Below are positions 1 to 9,000 of a DNA stretch of 12,896 bases, piece by piece (within the stretch, counting starts at the first letter, position 1; each line of letters opens with the position of its first letter). The position numbers and the translations under genes were made by a program. The stretch comes from Vitrella brassicaformis CCMP3155 (lineage: Eukaryota; Protista; Chromerida). Location of the stretch: NCBI GenBank assembly GCA_001179505.1, contig CDMY01000888.1, forward strand, positions 1 to 12,896, in the 5' to 3' direction. The notes under the pieces are model-generated. The model worked only from the letters and a program-made list of their open reading frames with translations. It had not been told where the DNA came from and made no database searches.

Positions 1-1266
1 TATGCCGCGAAAACCCGGCAGCTTCGGCAGATATCGACCCAACTGCACCAGTGAAGGCAGAGACACAGACGATACGTGTCTCTGCACACCTGTCTTTGTC
101 TGTGTGGCTGCCTGGCTGCTCACCACGTCAAAGAGGAGGAAGTCCCAGAATAGCAGCACGTGGAACCAGCCCGACGATTGAAAGAACCGCACAGACGACT
201 CCAACTCGCTCGCAATGCCGGGAAGTATAAGGAACGTTATCAGCCAATTCGCCACCATGACCATCAGCCACGGCCACACTCGTGCCAGCGTCACCAAGGG
301 CGCCATCAGCGCAGAGGCCGGCTTCTCGTCTTCAAGTGGCGCGATCCGCGTGTGCGTGCTGATTATCAGAGGCTGGTCGTCGGCTGTCGATCCGTCTCTC
401 CCTTTCGTCTTGACTCGCACCACATCAGGATGCGTGTCGACCTGGCAGACGTAGAGGCACAGCGTGAGAAGGTAAAAAGACAAGAGCTCCGCCGTCCAGA
501 CGTAGGCCGCCGTGCGGTGGTCGGCAAAGGCTATCTTTGTGAGCATCTTGGAAATCGACGCGACCAGCCCGCTCACCCCGATCCCCACCACAAACGACTG
601 CATATACCTCTCCGGCAAAGCCCCGCACAGCCCGGCAATCGAGCCGTGGGAGAAGGCGTGCGCCGTGCCGGCGACCCCACAGGCGATGGCCACGGCATCA
701 ACCGACGTTAGAAAGACGAACGATGCCAGCGAGGCCGCCTGCAGGATGAGTGCGGGGACGATCTTGGCGGGGTAGGGGATGGAGCTGCCGATACACACCA
801 CTATGAGGCCGGTGGCGAAGTTGGCCACCTTGTAGACCGTTGAGAAGGTGTACTCGACGTTCTGCCCGGGGAACACCTGGCGGAAGAAATCAACGTACAT
901 CAGCAGCTGCCCCCAGTCCAACACAGCAAAGGAGAGAGGGGACAACACACACATCCATCCATCCATCCATCCATCCATTCTTTTTCTTCGTCTTTTGCGT
1001 GTCCGCTTACGGCGTAGAACGTCAGCACCACCGCCACACCTGCCCACACAATCGAGATGACAAGATCTCCGCGCTTCCATGTCGCTCTGTTTGTTCCCCC
1101 ATGGTTGTTGCCCCCCCATCGCTCACCGAGAAGCGCCATGGTGTAATCCAACAGATCTACCTTCACATATCTGCCTGCACCCATTGGGAATCAACGAGGA
1201 ACCTTTTTGCAGCGGGGGGATGGGGGGTATCTTATCGTTCGTAAATTTCGGATGCATCCGTCCCAT
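1..1266 (-). CDS. ENT: Equilibrative nucleoside transporter (ENT/SLC29 family), spliced, 3' part beyond the left edge
   Basis: Exons (minus): ~1127-1266 (start uncertain), 1011-1086, 124-906, <1-42. Introns 1087-1126, 907-1010 and 43-123 are all GT..AG and phase-consistent. The translation has ENT-like motifs: TM1 GVAVVLTFYALLMYVDFFRQVF, HGSIAGLCGALPERYMQSFVVGIGVSGLVAS, NWLITFLILPGIAS and WDFLLFDVLGRYLP (DxxGR). Family assignment is from recalled motifs, with no database search. Confidence 0.88.
952..978. repeat. (CATC)n tetranucleotide microsatellite in an ENT intron
   Basis: Six full CATC units plus CAT, inside intron 907-1010. Confidence 0.9.
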
Positions 1267-1319
1267 TGCTGGTTGATCTAGAGTCGGTATGGATTTGCTC
1301 GGTTTTTCTCTCTGTTGCA

Positions 1320-2205
1320 ATGAATCCTCTCATGCGCGCGTCGTCTGTGAGGGGCGGCATGGCCGTCAATGATATGATAGTCTTGTCATTGCCGTGGCCC
1401 TTCAAGCGGGACCCTGTTGGCGGTGTTTCCCAAGTGCACTGGAATAGCCTCGACTACGCATCCCAACGCAAGAGAGAGGTGAGAGGATGCATGGGGGCAT
1501 TGCACAAGGCGAGAAGATGAGAAAAATGGCTGCATGCATGAACCTCTGCAGATTCATGAGATGCATGATACATTGTACCTGGTGTACCATCCTTTCTTTC
1601 TTTTGTTTGGTTGTTGCATGCAGATGGCCAATGATTTCTGGGCTGAGCAGAGGGCTGAGGGCAACACGCCGTTCGTGACGGAAGACGACCGCTACGAGGG
1701 CTCGGTCACCGTCGCGCATACGCCGATGGAGGTCACCTTCGACCCGGCCACCCGCCGATACTGGCCGCGCAGGGATTCCAAGATGACGTCAGACCCCTAC
1801 CACTGCGAACCCAAACGGGTGTTTTGCAGCCTGGAGGTGAGATCGTCAGCCAGAAGACAATGAAAGCGCCACATCCACGCTCAACGGCGGTATCTTCATG
1901 TGTGTCCATTTGTTTGTTCACAGGTTCCCGAGTTGCACAAGATGGGTACGTATGAGTTGTCGGACATCCTCGAGGGCAAGCCCATGGCCAAGAGCAGCCC
2001 CTACCCGTCCACCTCATCCATCAGCACGGACGCCCCCCACATGCCCACGGGTGATATCGACGACATCGCCGTGCCCATCAGCAGAACCAAAACCGACTCC
2101 TGGTTCAGCATCGTGTCCATCCAGAAGCTCATCAAGTCGGTCATCGGCAGCTGCACGATCGGCCCGGGCCCTGCCAAGTTCGACGAGCACGAGATCATCA
2201 TCTGA
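1320..2205 (+). CDS. Hypothetical protein, 3 exons, about 217 aa, no recognised domain
   Basis: Exons 1320-1478 (least certain), 1624-1836 and 1924-2205. Introns 1479-1623 and 1837-1923 are both GTGAGA..CAG, phase 0. The joined sequence reads ...SQRKRE|MANDFWAEQ...FCSLE|VPELHKMG...FDEHEIII*. Exons 2-3 have strong C/G-ending codon bias. Confidence 0.7.
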
Positions 2206-3390
2206 GCCCACAAGTCGTTCCGCCCCGCACCGCTACCTACCGCCCGCACGCACGTTGTCGAAGTCAGCCCTCGAAGCTACTGTCGCCCGTCTGCTGCCAA
2301 TTCGCCTGCCCCCAAGCCACCCACAATCGACTGAGACCTCGCAAGTGCAAGAGAAGGAGGAGCAACAACAGAGTGAACAGGAGCAGTGAGCACCGTGCAG
2401 CCATTTGCGCGCCCCAGGCAGTGGCACAGACGACCGCTCAAATGGCCGATGGCACCATACACCACACATAGCGAGCCTCTAGCCCACCACACATCACACA
2501 CATTATCACACACCACATACTTGCTGAGCAAGGCAGCCGTCAAGGGGGCGACTTGGGGCGCTGCATGGCTTGACGCTGAGCGAGATGGGGGGCAGGGAGG
2601 CAGGCAGAAGTGCACAGCAGATGGCGGCGTTGCACCGAAGAGACAGATATACGGGGGCTGGGCTGGGCTGGTGTGGTGGGGACTGGCGGGGCGACTGTGG
2701 GCATGCATAAGTGAGGGATAGGTGGCGGTTGGATGGTTGTTTGGAGTGTGCCGATTCATCTACACCTGCCTGCCTGTCTGCCTGACAGTGCATGGGTGGT
2801 GTCGGTCGGTCGGTCGGTCGATGTCACTAAGGTGAGTGACGCCATCGGACGGACGGTAGCTACTCTGCCGGGGGGTGGAAGTCAGCAAGCAGCCAAACGA
2901 GACAGGAAGAGAGACACAGAGAGATATCGCTGCTAATGGCTGGCTGGCTGCGTTGACGTGCGGGTCTACATGTTTGCCTGTCTCTTTTTCAGCGCTCTCG
3001 GCTGCTGAGAGGCTCTCTCTTTTTCTCCATGACAAGTGTGTGTGTAGGGATGGGAGGACTGTGCGTATGTGTGTTGGCATTGCTGTCGTGTTTCATCGTC
3101 ATGTGATTGAGGAGGTACCATCCCTCCCTCCGTGGTTTTGTGTGCATACCTACATGAATGACCGGATGGATGGACACCCCCCTTGATGATGTCAATGCAT
3201 ACAGACATACGCACAGAAATCTCTCACAGCATGCCATGGCCCTCACCCACCCACTGTACACTGACCCCATCCGCACCACCGACACAAACATGTTTGTGAG
3301 TATGTGCAGCCACCCACTGGTATCTACACGCCACCCATAGCCCTCCTCTCCTCTCGACGTGTCCACCCTGCTTCTATCCCCAAACACTGG

Positions 3391-3411
3391 CAGCAGCAGC
3401 AGCAGCAGCAG
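3391..3411 (+). repeat. (CAG)7 trinucleotide tract, just downstream of the RMI2-like stop codon
   Basis: Counted directly from the sequence. Confidence 0.95.
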
Positions 3412-3442
3412 CGCCATTTCTCAATCATCGTCAGTCAGTCGT

Positions 3443-3509
3443 CTACCACCACCATGTCTGCTGGCTCTGCTGATCCTGCTGCCGCTGCCGCACTGGAGGA
3501 TCCGCCACC

Positions 3510-3541
<32 letters not shown>

Positions 3542-4628
3542 GGGCGGCATCCTGCGATCGGCGGACAGCAGGGCCGACTGAGACTCCACCACCTACACGA
3601 CAATTAATTAGGGCAGGGCAATGCAGTAACTTGTGGAGAGGCCAATTTGTGTGTGCCCCGACCGACACACCTACCTACCTGCAGTGTCCAGAGTGCGTCT
3701 GAGTTGGGGTCGTAGTGCGGGTTGGTGCTCAGACGCCGCACAAGGAAGTTAATGTAGATGTTGTGCCCCTCCACCTCGGGCAGCAACTCGCACACCACGG
3801 ACACCAACGTCCCAACCTTACACACCACACGTAGCCAGCAAAGACACACGACCGACCATCTCATCTATCCATTGCACTCATTGCGTGTGACGTGACCGTC
3901 CCTAGCCACCCAGCCCACACGGCCACCTGCAGTCGTTTGCACGCCTCCTCCACCGGCACGTTGCTGCCGCTCGACTGTGCAGACTCGGATGCCCGCGGGC
4001 TGCGGTAGAGAAACGGCGGCGAGGCGGCATGGTCGCGGTGCTTCCCACCCCCTCTGGCGCTGCGGTGGTGTTCGATAAGGATGGTCAGCTCATCCAGATA
4101 GGCCGTCGGGTCTAAGGCCAGCAGCCGCGTGCCGTCATCCACCTCAATCACGCCAGCTGGCAAGTCCACCCTGCAGACAGCCAGCCAGCCAGCCAGCCAG
4201 ACAGACAGACAGACAGACAGACAACACACGAAGAAGGCAGGCAAACGCTCCACTCCTCATTTCTCCCCCCTCTCCCCTCCTTTGTGTCTGTGTGTGTGCG
4301 TACACGACAATGTATCCCTGCAGCCACACGAGCTTGATCTCTCTGCCGCGGAAAGTGAACCGGTGACCACAGCCCTGCTTGACCACTTGAATTTCGTCGG
4401 CCTGCCGAATCACACACACATACACATACAGAAGTCAGTCATATAGAAGTCAGTCATCTGTGGCGCATTCAATGGATGGATGGTGTGTGCAGTGTGCACG
4501 ATCTGGTTGCCTGCCTGTGCGGCGAAGAGGCAGACGATGCTGAGGCCATCAGCCGCTTCATCGAAGCAAGGTCTGCTCAGCGCAGAGGGAGGCGGGAGCT
4601 CTTCCCAAAGCCCATTCATCGTCATCAT
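3443..4628 (-). CDS. RMI2: RMI2-like single OB-fold protein (RMI2/RPA32/STN1-type fold), 5 exons, about 252 aa
   Basis: Exons 4500-4628, 4304-4401, 3927-4170, 3679-3816 and 3443-3592, with consistent phases. The motifs CLFAAQ, IKLVWLQGYIV, IEVDDGT, VGTLVSVV and DPNSDALWTLQVVE occur in the same order as RMI2's VW[ML]QGxV, DDGT/DPSG, GxYVMVxG and P..ExMWxLEV. The start codon and the last-exon frame are uncertain. Confidence 0.68.
3509..3535 (-). repeat. (CTG)9 on the plus strand, i.e. (CAG)9 in the last exon of the RMI2-like gene
   Basis: Counted directly from the sequence. Confidence 0.95.
4181..4220. repeat. Compound microsatellite (CCAG)5(ACAG)5 in RMI2-like intron 2
   Basis: Seen directly, inside intron 4171-4303. 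Confidence 0.92.
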
Positions 4629-4741
4629 CTGGTATCATCTGCCCCAGCACGCGAGAAGAGATGATGAATCAGAAAGTTGGCAGAAAGCCCAGATCCACGA
4701 CAAAGGAGCTTTCGGTGCGAAAGCTGCCGCAAGCTGCGAGC

Positions 4742-5547
4742 TTAGCCAAAAAGCTGGGGATCCAGTCGCGGAGTTGGGAACGTCCACGAAACTGTATGCA
4801 AGAGTACAGAAGCCAGCTTTCTGCCAAGACTCACCAGCTCCTGACCCAAAACCCGCAGCTTTTCCATTGCAAATGACTGATTCTTCATCAGTGCGTGTTG
4901 CTTGACCCATATTCAAAGCATGCTGTTTGCCGCCAAGAAGCTGGACACGTGAGTACAGAAGCCAGCTTAATGACACACATGTGGAAGCGACACCACAGCG
5001 ACCACATCACACACTAAAACAACATCACACACGCGCACATGCATGCTTGTCCGTTTGCCTGTTTGTGTTTTTTCTTGCGGAGATATGTCTGTGTGCCTTC
5101 CGATTAGATCCATCTCTTACCATCATCTTCCATCCCTGCCGAAGCCTTTCGATCTCGATCCACTTTTCAAATATGATTGTAGATAGCCTTGTGAAGTGCC
5201 GATTCAGCCTGTCTGGGCAGTTTTGTTGATTGGGGCGATGTGAGACATGTAGCCTTGCACCAGTGCCTTGAATCAGTATGCCATTGTGAGTCTTCGCTGC
5301 AGCGATTCTATCTATCCATCCATCCAGTGACGGCAAGAGGGCAGGCAGAGAGGCAGAGAGGCAGGCAGGCAGGCAGGTAGGCAGACACATGAATGGGATG
5401 GCGATGAATGGTGTAAATGAATGCCATGTCCGAGCGACAGACGTCTTGCGACTTGCCATTTACAAGAGACATGATGAGTCAGTCTTCCCATGAGAGTCGT
5501 CTCACATATGCAGCCGCATTGTTGTCCACTTACGCATCCCATCTCAT
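4742..5547 (-). CDS. Possible small spliced ORF (about 118 aa) or spliced non-coding/5'UTR exons
   Basis: Candidate exons 5534-5547, 5121-5307, 4835-4940 and 4742-4791 join in frame via the introns GTAAGT..TAG, GTAAGA..CAG (4941-5120) and GTGAGT..CAG (4792-4834). The translation (MRWDAIAAAKTHNG...GWKMM|LLGGKQH...) is unrecognised and lacks the GC3 bias of the neighbouring genes. Confidence 0.22.
4802..4968. repeat. 18-bp perfect direct repeat GAGTACAGAAGCCAGCTT (4802-4819 and 4951-4968)
   Basis: Exact match of both copies, 149 bp apart. Confidence 0.9.
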
Positions 5548-5890
5548 CTAAACCCTAAACACACACACCCACCCCCAAAGTCGCGTCGCACGTCAAGGCT
5601 AAAAAAAAGAAAACAAAAATAGAGCGGGCCTGTCCGTGCGGACACGAATAATCAACAACCCCTATTGAATTTCGGGCGGCCAGCAATCCTTAGTCCGTCA
5701 CGTTAGTCATGGGATGCATACGGACCGATAAAGGCACATCGACATGGTGAAATCGACAGCCAGGCTGCACACACAAAGGGAAAGGATAAAGGATGGAGGC
5801 AGGCACTGGATGGGATGGGAGCACGAAGGCACGAATTTGACCGAGAGGTACATATATATGTTTGCAGTGCGAATGCATATGAATTGACTC

Positions 5891-5906
5891 AGAGAGAGAG
5901 AGAGAG
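5891..5906. repeat. (AG)n dinucleotide microsatellite downstream of the ABCC stop codon
   Basis: About 8 AG units. Confidence 0.85.
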
Positions 5907-6033
5907 TACTGAAATGGGTGTAAGTAAGTAATAATAACAATGACATGACATACACATAAACGTACTCCAGCTGCATTGTACGGCCCACTCGACCCCCACA
6001 CACACATCGACCGACCGACCGATATCGATGCGA

Positions 6034-9000
6034 TCATCGCATACCAGGTACGCCCACCCCCTGAGGCGACCGATGCTCCGCTGCGGCCTCATCCAGCTCA
6101 TGGAGCCCCCGCACCATCTCGCTGAAGATGCCGCCAGCCGCCTTGAGCCTTTCAGGGGTGTCAAACTCGGCCACCTTTCCCTTGTCGAGCACCAGAATTC
6201 GGTCGTAGTCCATGACCGTCTCCAGTCGATGGGCTATGGTGATGACGGACACCTCCCGCACACGCCTGGCGCCCCAGCCCGTCTTGGTCGCGTCACGGAG
6301 GGCCGCCTGGATCAGCTGGTCCGTCTGGCTGTCGATCTGCGCAGTGGCCTGCACACATTGATGAGGGAGGGAGACACACCCACAGTGCACTCACTAGAGT
6401 AAGCTGCTTTGTTGGAATCTGGGCTGACCTCGTCGAGCACGAGAACCTCGGACGACCGCAGGAGGGCCCGCGCGACACACACCAGTTGACTGATGAGACA
6501 CACACATAGAATAAAGACAGCGTCCATGTGTCAATGCGTCTGCCTCACCGTTGTCCAGCTGAAAGATTGCTGCCCTGCTCCGCGACCATTCCGTCCAGCC
6601 CTCCCAGTTTCTGTATCAGGTCTGCACACGACACCACACAACATAACACGCCCTCCGTGCGTATGTGCGTTCATCTGGCTGCCGGCTGGGGTACCTACCC
6701 TTGAGATGGAGCAGGTTGAAGACGGCCTGTATGTCAGCCTCGGGAAAGGCCTTTCCGCTCGGGTCGAGGTTGTCGTGCAGCGTGCCGCCAAACAACGTGG
6801 GGTCCTGGGGAATGATCGCCTGATGATCCATAGCATAGATGCCACAGACATAGACACACACACGGACAGACAGACACACGTCTTGTGGGCGCGGCGCCCC
6901 GCAAAGATGCGGCACTGCGGTTTGCCGACCAGTCGGTTGCGCAACGTGTGCAGAGGGATGTTCTGTGTGTCTTCGCCGTCGAGACGAATCGTCCCGCTGC
7001 AGTCAACCGCCATACCATACACACAGCACCGCCCAGCCCACCTCGGAGAAAAGGACACGGCCGGCCGCTCACCGTTCCCTCCCGCCCCCCACCCACCTGT
7101 TGACTTCATTCATACGGAAGAGGGCGTTGATGATGCTCGACTTGCCCGCCCCCGTCCGCCCCACCACGCCGATCCTCTCGCCCCGACGCACACCAAAGCT
7201 CACGCCCTTGAGGATCCAGTGGCCCTGACGGTACTTGAGCCACACGTCATCGAAGACGACCTTGTGGCCGTCGGATGGCACGGATGGCGGGGGGTGGACT
7301 CGCCTCATCGAGGGGGGTCGTTTTGATGGGTCGCGTAGGAGGGCCAGGTCGGCAGATGGCGACCAGTGGGGGAAGTAGGCCGCCTCCTGGGGGATGTCCG
7401 AGTACTCGAGGAGACGCTCGGTGCCTGTCATGAATATATCATGACATGGGTGGGGGAAAGGTCCATCCGTGTGTCAGTCAAAAGTCAGTCGCTGTGGTTC
7501 TGTGTGACCTGACTTACACGTCATGTAGTTTTCCACATCTAGCGACACCTTGATCGTCCTCTGACCAGATGGAAACATCAGAGTCACCATGTGCACCCAC
7601 AGACGGCGCGGCCACTTCTCCCTCCCAATGCATTCCCCACTCACCTGGAAGAGCGCCGTGAGCTGCAGCGAAGACACAATAGCGAGGCCGGCGAAGTCGG
7701 TCTGCATTGTGTCGGAGTTGGTGAACAACGCCAGCAGCAGAGTGATACCGCTTGTGATGAGCGCCGCCGTCAACTCCATCCGGAACAGGATCCACTGAGA
7801 CGTCAACCAGAACAGCGAAAAGTACCTGTCAATTGGTCGTCAGACAGACAGAGAAGGAGGGAGAAGACAGTCAGTGCAGAACGGTGCATGCAATAATGAG
7901 GGCCTGTCGACTATCTACCTCATTACCTGGTGTTTGCGTCGATTCGGTCTTGTCCCTCGTCGATGAAGAGCTGTAGTTTTTCGAACGTGCGGATGATGCA
8001 GAGGCCGTTGGGGTGGAGGACCTCCCCGAAGAGGGCGTACACAGGCGACCGGCTCATGCTGTCAAAACGCTTCAGCTGAGGGCTCAGCCTGCACACACGC
8101 AAAAAGCCACCCATGCATACAAATTCACGTCAACACGACCTTCATCCGTGTGTGCGTCCATCTGACTGACCGTCTGAACATGCGATAGATGGAGATGAAG
8201 AATATGAACAGGATGAAGGCGAGCACCAGGAAGTAGGGTGTCGACACCAGACACAGAATGAGGATCCCGATGATGTGGAAAACGTTCTGCAGGAACTGGA
8301 TGGAAAACTCCGGCAACATGAGGTCGATGGAGTCCAGGTCCTTGCCGAATCGGTTCAGGATCGACCCCTGCAGTGTCGTGTCGAAGAAGTACGGCACGCT
8401 GGCCTTCAGGACGCGAACCAGCGCCGTCCGATGCAGATAAGCACTCGACCGGTTCGCAAGCCACACCTGATAATCACCACACGACACACAAGATGCATCC
8501 GTTCATCGGCCATGAGTGTGTCTGTCTGCCTGTCTGTCTGTGTAGCGTGTTAGAGGTTGCACTGCACTGACCAGGAAGAATGATCGGATGACGAGGAAGA
8601 GGCAGGTGGCTATGATGAGGGCGCAGAAGAGGGGGCCGTTGCGTGAGCCCTCCTGTGCTTCGGGCTCCTCGCTGCCCCAAAAGTTGACCAGGAAGTACTC
8701 GGCAAACAGACGCAGGAACTGACCACCTGCATTGCATCCACACGAGAGATGCGACAGGACGGCGTGAGAACGGCGTGAGAAAGCGCCCACATGCAATGCA
8801 AGAGGCAAATCAGATGGCCGACCGGCATACAGCGTGAGCAGGAGGACGAGCAGCGTTGCGCCAATGCACATGTTGTTGGACTGTGCGGCGGCCGCCCCGT
8901 ATCGTGCGTACGTTCTTCCCCCCACGAGTGCCGAACCGCCAGCGGGGGACCCGCCAGACGTCCGGGGGGTGTTCATCCCGCCCTAGGAGAAGATAAGATC

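Noticed and set aside
160-775. Plus-strand ORFs 160-711, 215-454 and 512-775
   Set aside because: They are antisense shadows of the GC-rich ENT exon, with no motifs.
1898-2389. 163-aa plus-strand ORF ending EKEEQQQSEQEQ*
   Set aside because: It overlaps exon 3 of the hypothetical gene in another frame, is Ser/Pro-rich, and has no supported splice path into this frame.
2989-3417. Minus-strand ORF starting MALLLLLLLP, resembling a signal peptide
   Set aside because: The poly-Leu comes from the CTG microsatellite, and the rest crosses intron-like repeats.
4713-4725. GGTGCGAAAGC resembles a 16S rRNA segment
   Set aside because: The match is only about 11 nt and the flanks do not follow rRNA.
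4660-4970. CRISPR-like or transposon interpretation of the 18-bp repeats
   Set aside because: There are only two copies, no regular spacers, no cas or transposase ORF, and the context is eukaryotic.
2803-6020. Shared TCGGTCGGTCGGTCGATGT at about 2803 and, inverted, at about 6005
   Set aside because: It is mostly a (GTCG)n simple repeat, of the kind common in this sequence's non-coding DNA; there is no evidence of element ends.
6493-7326. 277-aa plus-strand ORF and the other plus-strand ORFs over 6000-12750
   Set aside because: They lie antisense to ABCC exons, run through intron microsatellites and show no domain signal.
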